Shown here piece by piece: positions 23,373-30,631 of a stretch of 43,502 nucleotides of DNA. Source of the DNA: a virus. Location of the stretch: positions 1 through 43,502 of IMG/VR virus record IMGVR_UViG_3300001750_000002; one strand, written 5' to 3'. Under the pieces are notes generated by a model. That model was not told where the DNA came from and did no database searches. It worked only from the letters and a program-made list of their open reading frames with translations. Position numbers and translations under genes: made by a program. The stretch's first letter is position 1; each line of letters begins with the position of its first letter.

Positions 23373-23789
23373 ATGCAGCGACGTAAATTCTTGGCTTTCA
23401 TGGCCGCCGGCCCGGTTGCAGCAAAAGCTGCGGCGGACAAAGTTGCTTTGGGGCATATGGGGATCAGCACCACAGGTCTCGCCGATCCGATCGATCAACC
23501 CTGTACGAGCGGCAGCGAGACAGAAGACGGCATTAAAACGCTGGATTGGCTACGTGCACACGGCATCCCTGAGTGGCGTATGGAGGATATCGAGAAAGAA
23601 GCTAAATTTGTGCGTGCGCTAGATCCTGATCTAGCCTGCAATAAATCGATGTCTCTTGCGGCAAAAATCTACAGCCAGCGCGACCGCCAGCTCGCGCGAC
23701 TGATCGACGAAGAAACCAGTTTGCGCATGCGCAACAGAGCGCGCGACGCTTGGCTTAAGAAAGCTGGCATGAGCTGGTGGTCGTGGTGA
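23373..23789 (+). CDS. hypothetical protein with twin-arginine (Tat) signal peptide
   Basis: MQRRKFLAFMAAGPVAAKAAADK has the RRxFL motif, a short h-region and an AxA-type site (AAA). 138 aa. Confidence 0.6.
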   Translation: MQRRKFLAFMAAGPVAAKAAADKVALGHMGISTTGLADPIDQPCTSGSETEDGIKTLDWLRAHGIPEWRMEDIEKEAKFVRALDPDLACNKSMSLAAKIYSQRDRQLARLIDEETSLRMRNRARDAWLKKAGMSWWSW

Positions 23790-24679
23790 TCTCCTACTAC
23801 AACGAAAATGACCCGTTCGCGGCGCAATGGCTGCGCAATCTCATAGCAGAAAACCTCATTCCGGAAGGTGACGTGGATGACCGATCGATCGAAGACGTGC
23901 AGCCCGGCGATCTCGTCGGATACCGGCAGTGCCATTTCTTCGCCGGCATCGCCGGGTGGCCGCTCGCTCTCGCGCTCGCCGGATGGCCCGAAGATAGAGA
24001 AGTATGGACCGGATCCTGTCCCTGTCAGCCGCTTTCGGGCGCCGGACAAAAACGGGGCGCTCAGGACAAGCGTCACCTTTGGCCAGTGTTTTGCGGTCTC
24101 ATTGCGGAGCGCCGTCCTGCAGCGGTCTTTGGAGAACAGGTTGCGAGCCCGCTTGGACGTGAATGGCTCGCCGGAGTACGTCTTGACCTGGAAGCATTGG
24201 GATATGCCTGCGGGGCGGCCGATCTGTGCGCTGCGGGCGTCGCGGCGCCGCACCTCAGGCAACGGTTGTGGTTTGGAGCTAAAAACATGGCCGACACCAA
24301 TGGCCGGAACGCCAGCTCAGAACGGCTACAACGGAGCAGGCAACACGGACAGCTTACGAAAAACAATTGCGTTGTTAAAGGATTGGGCGACGCCGAGAGC
24401 GAGGGACTGCGAGAACAACGGAGTGAGTATCGCCCGAGCGGCGAAAGGTGTCGCGGACTCGTTGGATTTGCAGCGCAAATTGGTGTGCCTCAATGGAATG
24501 GACCGACCGTCGCCGTTGAGTGCTCGGATGGGTGGCGCCGCGTATCCTCTCAACCCGACGCATTTCCTATGGCTCATGGGGTACAGCAAAGAGGTGGCAA
24601 GTTGCGCGCCTACGGCAACGCGATCTGCCCGCCGCTCGCCAAAGAGTTCATAGAGGCGTTCATGGAGTGTTCAACATGA
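23777..24679 (+). CDS. DNA (cytosine-5) methyltransferase (see finding on the second overlapping frame 23868-24653)
   Basis: FFAGIAGW (motif I-like), GSCPCQPLSGAG (PCQ, motif IV), RHLWP, FGEQV (ENV-like, motif VI), APHLRQRLWF (motif VIII), LRAYGNAICPPLAKEFI (motif X). The start is uncertain: GTG at 23777, 23783 or 23786, the last forming a GTGA overlap with the upstream stop. Confidence 0.75.
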   Translation: MVVVISYYNENDPFAAQWLRNLIAENLIPEGDVDDRSIEDVQPGDLVGYRQCHFFAGIAGWPLALALAGWPEDREVWTGSCPCQPLSGAGQKRGAQDKRHLWPVFCGLIAERRPAAVFGEQVASPLGREWLAGVRLDLEALGYACGAADLCAAGVAAPHLRQRLWFGAKNMADTNGRNASSERLQRSRQHGQLTKNNCVVKGLGDAESEGLREQRSEYRPSGERCRGLVGFAAQIGVPQWNGPTVAVECSDGWRRVSSQPDAFPMAHGVQQRGGKLRAYGNAICPPLAKEFIEAFMECST

Positions 24680-25116
24680 AGACGTGCACGGGTTGCGGCA
24701 CAACAAAAACAGTCGATCAGTACCACGCCGACAAGAGGCGTAAAGACGGTAAACTCGCGCGCTGTAAAGATTGCAGACGTATCGAAACGAACGCATACCG
24801 AAAAAGGGTTGGATACGACCGCATCAGATATCGACGTACCGCGCCGCAAGAACGCGAGCGGCATCTGATCAGAAAATACGGCGTCACTCAAGCCGATTAC
24901 GATCACATGCTCTCAGCCCAAGGGGGCGGCTGCGCCATATGTAGCCGAAAGCAAAATCACGCTCTGGACGTTGACCACTGTCACGCTACCGGTAATGTTC
25001 GAGGGTTGCTGTGCACAAACTGCAACCGTCTTCTAGGGCACGCTCACGATGACATTGCGCGCCTGATCGCCGCAGCGCGCTATCTTATTTCATCTCGTAA
25101 GGAGACGCGAAAATGA
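24676..25116 (+). CDS. endonuclease VII-like (T4 gp49-family) nuclease, probable free-standing homing endonuclease
   Basis: ATG 24676 (ATGA overlap with the MTase stop) is in frame with track ORF 24520-25116. N-terminal Zn ribbon CTGCG...CKDC. Core GGCAICSRKQNHALDVDHCHATGNVRGLLCTNCNRLLG. Confidence 0.8.
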   Translation: MKTCTGCGTTKTVDQYHADKRRKDGKLARCKDCRRIETNAYRKRVGYDRIRYRRTAPQERERHLIRKYGVTQADYDHMLSAQGGGCAICSRKQNHALDVDHCHATGNVRGLLCTNCNRLLGHAHDDIARLIAAARYLISSRKETRK

Positions 25117-26087
25117 CCGCGCTCGACAACGCTTTTCTCGATCGCTTTGCCGAGTTCGGCCCGGTGTCGAGAAACCTCAGCTGGCTGATCCGCCCCGCGC
25201 TGGTCGCGGGGCCCGGAAGAACATTAATTTGGGGGGATTTCAGCTCTATTGAGGCGCGCGTGCTGCCGTGGCTCGCGGCATCACCCGGCGGCGAGAAGGT
25301 GCTGGACGTGTTCCGCACAAACGACGCTGACCCGTCGCTGCCCGATATCTATGAGATCGAAGCCGGCAACATCTACAAATGCGATCCGAAGGAAATCGAC
25401 AAGGGACCGCGCCAGATCGGCAAGGTCGCCGTGCTGTCGCTCGGCTTCGGCGGCTCGGTCGGCGCGCTCGGTGCCATGGCGACCGGGTACGGTATCTATC
25501 TCGAGGACGATCTGAAACACGAGATCGTCGAGACCTGGCGCCAGTCGAACCCGTGGGCCCGGACATTCTGGGATGCCCTGTGGGAAGCCGCTCTGAACGC
25601 CTTGGAGAGCCCTGGAGCAGTCTTCCCAGCTGGGCGCGTCGCGTTCGTCTACGACTCCTCCTACATCCGCGGTACGCTGTTCTGCGCGCTGCCGTGCGGC
25701 CGGGTGCTGTCGTACCCGAAAATCCGGTGGGAGAAACGCGAGATCGAAGACAAGAAGACCGGCAAGACCGAGACGCGCACGCAGTTGGTTTACACCAAGG
25801 GTTACGGCCGCGCGGCGGCGTGGTTTGGCAAGTTCGCCGAGAACGTGACGCAGGCGACCGCCGGCTCGATCCTGCGCCGGACACTCGTACGGTTAAAACG
25901 GTTTGACGATGTCGTGGCGCACACGCATGACGAGATCGTACGCGAGACTGAAGATGATCCGGTCTGGATTGCGGCAGCTAAAAGCGCTCTGCGCGCTGGT
26001 ATGGAAGCAAACGACGATTGGGATGCCGGGCTGCCGCTCAAGGCGGAAGTCCTGGAGAACTGGTACTATACACAAAGCATTAAATAG
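25113..26087 (+). CDS. family-A DNA polymerase, C-terminal fragment (palm/fingers)
   Basis: Own ATG with an ATGA overlap to the endonuclease VII-like gene. Motif A LIWGDFSSIEARVL, motif B RQIGKVAVLSLGFGGSVGAL, motif C VVAHTHDEIVRE. 324 aa. Confidence 0.9.
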   Translation: MTALDNAFLDRFAEFGPVSRNLSWLIRPALVAGPGRTLIWGDFSSIEARVLPWLAASPGGEKVLDVFRTNDADPSLPDIYEIEAGNIYKCDPKEIDKGPRQIGKVAVLSLGFGGSVGALGAMATGYGIYLEDDLKHEIVETWRQSNPWARTFWDALWEAALNALESPGAVFPAGRVAFVYDSSYIRGTLFCALPCGRVLSYPKIRWEKREIEDKKTGKTETRTQLVYTKGYGRAAAWFGKFAENVTQATAGSILRRTLVRLKRFDDVVAHTHDEIVRETEDDPVWIAAAKSALRAGMEANDDWDAGLPLKAEVLENWYYTQSIK

Positions 26088-26101
26088 TTTACCAATTAAG
26101 G

Positions 26102-26581
26102 ATGCCTAGCTTAAAACAAGAATACCGCAGCACGTATGAATGTTGGGCCAACATGAAAACACGCTGCAATAACCCTAACTACGAAGCCTTCGAACGCTAC
26201 GGCGGACGTGGCATACGGGTCTGTGAGCGCTGGAACGCCAGCTTTGCGGCGTTCTTGGGAGACATGGGTCCGAAACCAGACGGTTTAACGATCGAGCGCG
26301 TCGATAACGACGGTAACTACACACCGGACAACTGTGAATGGGCCACACGGATAGCCCAAGCACGTAACCGGCGCTCGACACTGTACGCAACTGTCAACGG
26401 TGAAACGCTGTGTGCAAAAGACTGGATCGCTCGTCTCGACATATCGCCGAACGCTTTTTACACTCGCGCGCGCCGTATCGGCTGTCAGGCAGCGGTTGAG
26501 CACTATCAAGCGAAACCGAAATGGGCGCACTCACCCAGCCCGAACGAAAAAGGGATCGACCCTGGCAGCCGATCCCTTTAA
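26102..26581 (+). CDS. HNH-like endonuclease-family protein
   Basis: GRGIRVCERW...GLTIERVDNDGNYTPDNCEWATRIAQARNRR resembles the (I/V)(D/E)RIDNxxxYxPxNCRWAT..Q..N pattern of phage HNH-like proteins as I recall it. Confidence 0.55.
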   Translation: MPSLKQEYRSTYECWANMKTRCNNPNYEAFERYGGRGIRVCERWNASFAAFLGDMGPKPDGLTIERVDNDGNYTPDNCEWATRIAQARNRRSTLYATVNGETLCAKDWIARLDISPNAFYTRARRIGCQAAVEHYQAKPKWAHSPSPNEKGIDPGSRSL

Positions 26582-26646
26582 CACTGGACATCCTACCGCC
26601 TGAAAGCGGCTACAATTCCGACGGTTCCCACAGAAGGAAATTGCAC

Positions 26647-29049
26647 ATGACAGATAGCGCGCAACGGCTTGAAATGCAAGTCGTCACCGAACTGCGCCTG
26701 AAGCTCCTGGCCAACGGCTACACCCCTCTTCCGAACTACGACAAGCGGAATTTCCTGAAAGGCTGGCCGGCCGTCGAGGTCGACGAAGCCGCGATCGCGG
26801 CATGGGGGCGCAAGCATAAGTCGTTCGCGGCGACCGGCTTGCGCCTACAGGATGGGCTGGCGGTGATCGACATAGATATAGATGACACTATTGCTCAACG
26901 GCTGCTGGATGCATCCGGTAGTGTGCTTTATCGCTACGGGGCTGGCCATAAGGAAGCGCGTTTTATGCGTGCGTCCGAACTCTTCGGCCGGATCCATTCC
27001 CGGCGCTGGGTGCCTCCGAGCGAACCTTTGGACGGGCCGGCGCAAGGGATTGAGATCTTCGGCGGCCAATCGCCCCGACAGTTCGGCGCGTTCGGCGCGC
27101 ACACACGGCTCGACAACGGAGAGATACCGGTTGCCTACAACTGGGAAGCCGGCGATAGCCCGGAAACCGTCCACCTCGACGATCTGCCTCTGTTATCTAA
27201 ACAGGACTTTTTCGCTTTCATAGATAAAGCAGAGGCCATGCTGGAGGCCGAAGGCTGGACGCCAGTCTTGTGCAGCAAGATCGGCGAAAACGCGGCCGAG
27301 CGCGTTCATGACCTCGTCGGCGGCATGCTGTTCGAACTTAATACAGACGAGAACGTCGGGCTCGACGAGCTCCGAGACCGCGCCGGCACATCGGATCTCC
27401 GATGCGCCGCGTCGTTCATCGAGCAAGGTGCTGACAACCGAACGCGGTGCATCGTCGGGCAGACGCATGACGGTCAGCTCACTGTGTGGGATAGCGCGAC
27501 CGATGTGACGCATCTCGAAGTTACGCCGACGATCGAGGACATGATCGCCGAAATCGGCGTGTCGTTCGCCGCTTCGGCGCCGTCCGAGAGAACGCCAGTT
27601 GATGATGGCGACGATCTGCAGAGTGCCGCGACCAAGCTCGTGTGGCTCTATGCCTTCTGTCCCACGGCTGCCACCAAAAACGTGGTGCCGATCGACACGA
27701 CAGATATCGGGGCGGGCATGGCGTTATCGAACATGCGGATCAAATACCGTCCCTGGGGCGAGACCGTGCCGGCGAAGACGCCGCAAGGCAATGACACGAC
27801 CAAATTCCGCACACCGACCGATCTATGGGAGCTGTCGCGCGACCGGCTGTCCGTCGGCGGTCTGCGCATGCGGCCCGATATGCCGACGCCGATATATGAG
27901 GAGGACGGCGTGACGTGGGTGAACACATATCGACCGGTCGCGCATCCGGCCGGTGGCGATGTGTCGATCGGCATCGAGTTCATATCGCAGCTCGTTCCTG
28001 ACGATGTGGAACGGCACTGGTTCATGTCGTGGCTCGCCTGCAAGCTCCGGCGGCCGTGTGAGCCAGGGCCGGGCGTGATCATGGTCGCCGAGCAGTACGG
28101 CACCGGCCGCGCCACGTTCGCCGACCTGCTCGGGCGGCTGTTCGGCCGGCGCTACGTCAAGGCGATCAAGTTCGGCATGCTGACCGGGCAGGTCGGGCAG
28201 TCGCAATATAACGACTGGAGCGCGGACGCGTTGATCGTCGTGGTCAACGAGAGCTCCGAAGATCCGATCGGCGCCGGATCGTTCCGAACCAAATTGAACG
28301 CCTATGAGCATCTGAAAGAGCTGGTCGACCCTCGGCAATCCGAACATTTGATCGTGCGCAAAGGCGAGCCCAACTATATGGCGCCACGATACACGTCCTA
28401 TATCATCGCCACAAACCACCGGGACGCGCTGGTGCTGCCGGCCGACGACCGACGCCTGGCGGTGCTCACGAACGGCTCACAGCGCTCTCCGGCTTACTGG
28501 GAGGGTCTCAACGTCTGGATGGACGATCCAGCCAATGTCGGCGCGTTCGCGCGGTATCTGGACGTCTATGATGTGGGTGAGTACACGCCGCACCGACACG
28601 TGCCGATGTTCAAGGCGAAACACGACATGGCCTATTTGAGCGTGTCGGACATCGATCAGGCTGTGACCGATGCGATCGATGGGATGAAATCGGAACTGAC
28701 GACGCTCGACGCGATCGTGTCGTCGGCGCAGGCTCACTTGGTGCAGGGTGACTACGCCGCGCCGGCAAGCGGCGGGGCTCTCAGGAGAACCGCGCGACGA
28801 CGCCTATACCAGCTCCACCGATCGGAAGTGAAAGACGGGCGTATACGCATGCCGGACGGTCGCGCGCATCACGCTTGTGCAACGTCGCGAACGGCCGCGG
28901 TCAAATGGGCCAAGGCGTCATTTGAGGCTATAAAAACCGAGTTGGAAAAAGGCGCTGACGAGCCGAGATATCTCGCCCCAAAATCGAACGTTATCCCCAT
29001 CCCAAAAAGGGATGGGAATCGGGATGGGAAAAACGACGAGCAAAACTAA
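26647..29049 (+). CDS. bifunctional primase-polymerase / SF3 (D5/VirE-like) helicase
   Basis: ATG 26647 (MTDSAQRLEM...) follows GAAGGA and is in frame with track ORF 26521-29049. Prim-pol N-domain ...LKGWPAVEVD...GLRLQDGLAVIDIDIDD. P-loop region GVIMVAEQYGTGRATFADLLGRLFG. Walker B-like ALIVVVNES. Motif C-like YIIATNH...DDRRLAVL. Confidence 0.8.
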   Translation: MTDSAQRLEMQVVTELRLKLLANGYTPLPNYDKRNFLKGWPAVEVDEAAIAAWGRKHKSFAATGLRLQDGLAVIDIDIDDTIAQRLLDASGSVLYRYGAGHKEARFMRASELFGRIHSRRWVPPSEPLDGPAQGIEIFGGQSPRQFGAFGAHTRLDNGEIPVAYNWEAGDSPETVHLDDLPLLSKQDFFAFIDKAEAMLEAEGWTPVLCSKIGENAAERVHDLVGGMLFELNTDENVGLDELRDRAGTSDLRCAASFIEQGADNRTRCIVGQTHDGQLTVWDSATDVTHLEVTPTIEDMIAEIGVSFAASAPSERTPVDDGDDLQSAATKLVWLYAFCPTAATKNVVPIDTTDIGAGMALSNMRIKYRPWGETVPAKTPQGNDTTKFRTPTDLWELSRDRLSVGGLRMRPDMPTPIYEEDGVTWVNTYRPVAHPAGGDVSIGIEFISQLVPDDVERHWFMSWLACKLRRPCEPGPGVIMVAEQYGTGRATFADLLGRLFGRRYVKAIKFGMLTGQVGQSQYNDWSADALIVVVNESSEDPIGAGSFRTKLNAYEHLKELVDPRQSEHLIVRKGEPNYMAPRYTSYIIATNHRDALVLPADDRRLAVLTNGSQRSPAYWEGLNVWMDDPANVGAFARYLDVYDVGEYTPHRHVPMFKAKHDMAYLSVSDIDQAVTDAIDGMKSELTTLDAIVSSAQAHLVQGDYAAPASGGALRRTARRRLYQLHRSEVKDGRIRMPDGRAHHACATSRTAAVKWAKASFEAIKTELEKGADEPRYLAPKSNVIPIPKRDGNRDGKNDEQN

Positions 29050-29410
29050 ATACGCTTTATCCGTAAAGTAGCTATTTTACAAAACGCTAAGCACTGTATT
29101 TTTGTAAAAACCATCCCACATCCCAAAACCATACCAAAAACAAAAAAAGTGGGATGGGTTTAACCTATTGATTATACTGTGTTTTATATTACTCTATCCC
29201 ATATCCCATAAATATATAATTTTATTAAGGAGATATAAAATATAGGTAATGAGTAGTACTATTTTTTTCCTATAGCCTAAGAGGAATTTGTTGGGATGGG
29301 ATGGGATGGGGTGGGATGGGTAAAAATGATGGCCTTTAGCGGCCCTTTCGGGATGCCCGCGATGGCCGCGATGGCCGCGATTGTACAAGAGTTTGTGATG
29401 GGCTATGTTA
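28995..29410. repeat. AT-rich island with GGGATGG/CCATCCC iteron-like repeats (candidate replication origin and/or late-promoter control region)
   Basis: GGGATGG on the top strand at 29009, 29021, 29151, 29293, 29298, 29303 and 29313. CCATCCC at 28997 and 29111. ATCCCA half-sites at 29120, 29196 and 29203. GATGG cores at 29328, 29361, 29370 and 29397. TTTTACAAAA (29075-29084) / TTTTGTAAAA (29100-29109) inverted repeat. 29041-29280 is about 29% GC by hand count. Confidence 0.75.
29381..29409 (+). promoter_or_regulatory. candidate promoter for the late/structural operon
   Basis: TTGTAC (29381-29386), 17 nt, TATGTT (29404-29409). Same -10 hexamer as the 22501 candidate. Embedded among GATGG repeats. 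The first downstream ATG is at 29478, after AAGGAG. Confidence 0.3.
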
Positions 29411-29477
29411 AACGGGTCGGGAGACGTTTGAGCGTCTTGACCGACCCTAATTGGCAAACCTGTAAGGAGATCCGCCA

Positions 29478-29801
29478 ATGTCTGACGAAACTATCAAAAC
29501 CCCTTTCGGCGTTCAAGCGAGTGAAGCGACAATAGTCGATCTATTTGTGGTTCAGCTGGCCGCTGGTCGAGATCGTATTCTTACTGTGGAAGCCGCAACG
29601 GACATATATCAGGATGCAATGCTGTTGGCTCGTGTCAGAGAGGTGTTGATGTGCGGTCCGGCGAGTGAAAATATTGAATCTTTTGAGCATGTGATGCATT
29701 GGGGGAGGCTTTCGGGTTCACGGCCGGCACGTAGCAACGATACAGGTGACCAAAGCGATATGGATAGCGATTACGATATGGATCGTTACTCTGCGGTGTG
29801 A
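29478..29801 (+). CDS. hypothetical protein with acidic tail
   Basis: AAGGAG RBS. 107 aa. C-terminal DTGDQSDMDSDYDMDRY. Confidence 0.55.
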   Translation: MSDETIKTPFGVQASEATIVDLFVVQLAAGRDRILTVEAATDIYQDAMLLARVREVLMCGPASENIESFEHVMHWGRLSGSRPARSNDTGDQSDMDSDYDMDRYSAV

Positions 29802-29876
29802 CCGATTGTTGCGTCGAGATGCTCGGCTTGCTAGATATGAGATATCGACACGTGTAAATAAGGACATATCGGCGCT

Positions 29877-30182
29877 ATGGGCAATCCGATTACGTTGATC
29901 AAGAAAGGCGAAAGCCTGCCGTTCGTGTTCGACCGCGGCGGCGCGACGATCGCCGGATGGGTATGCACGATAAAGGTGGCCAAATACCCTGACGACACGC
30001 CGGCGGTGGACCGAGTGATCGTGCCGACGGGTGAGGAGTGGGACGGGTTTCTCACGCCCGCCGAGACGGCGGCTCTCGCCGCGACGGGTCTATGGCGGCT
30101 TCTGGGCGTGCTCACCAATGCGTCGACCGGAGAGCGCGAGAGCGTGCCGGTACGGTTCAACTTGGCGGAGGCCTGGGCGTAG
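29877..30182 (+). CDS. hypothetical protein
   Basis: 101 aa. The stop overlaps the GTG of the small terminase gene (TAGTG). Confidence 0.5.
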   Translation: MGNPITLIKKGESLPFVFDRGGATIAGWVCTIKVAKYPDDTPAVDRVIVPTGEEWDGFLTPAETAALAATGLWRLLGVLTNASTGERESVPVRFNLAEAWA

Positions 30183-30631
30183 TGGCCAAACCGTTCATAC
30201 TCACGCCGGCCAAGCGTAAGAAGTTCGAGAAGGTGTGCGAGCGGATCGCAGGCGGCGAGAGCTTGGCCAGCATAGGACAAACGGAGGGCCTGCCTTGTAA
30301 AGAGGCGATACTGTCATGGCTGCGTAGGGCAGACGGTGAAGATCGTACGTGGCTGGTTGGCCTTTACGCGCAAGCGCGAGAAGATCAAGCCGACCATTAT
30401 GCCGATGAAATCGTGACGATTGCCGACGACGATGACCGGGATTACGGGATCGATGACAACGGTAATGAAATCTTCAAGGGCGAGAACGTTCAGAGATCGC
30501 GACTTAGGGTCGACGCTCGGAAATGGGTTGCCGGTAAGCTCAAGCCTCGGAAGTACTCCGACAAGCTGGATTTGAACGTCCAGGGCGAGTTCACCGTCAA
30601 CATCGGGGGTAAGGATGCAGACTGCGCTTAG
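30182..30631 (+). CDS. terS: terminase small subunit
   Basis: GTG 30182 is in frame with track ORF 30038-30631. HTH-like SLASIGQTEGLPCKEAILSWL, then YAQAREDQADHYADEIVTIADD...VQRSRLRVDARKWVAGKLKPRKYSDK, a pattern I recognise from phage small terminases. Lies directly upstream of TerL. Confidence 0.75.
   Translation: MAKPFILTPAKRKKFEKVCERIAGGESLASIGQTEGLPCKEAILSWLRRADGEDRTWLVGLYAQAREDQADHYADEIVTIADDDDRDYGIDDNGNEIFKGENVQRSRLRVDARKWVAGKLKPRKYSDKLDLNVQGEFTVNIGGKDADCA

Noticed and set aside
29194-29535. ORFs 29194-29478 (-) and 29296-29535 (+) inside the AT-rich island
   Set aside because: Their odd peptides (GHRGHRGHP…, MGWDGVGW…) are direct translations of the GGGATGG and CGCGATGGC repeats. They lack an RBS, and their composition is unlike any other gene here.
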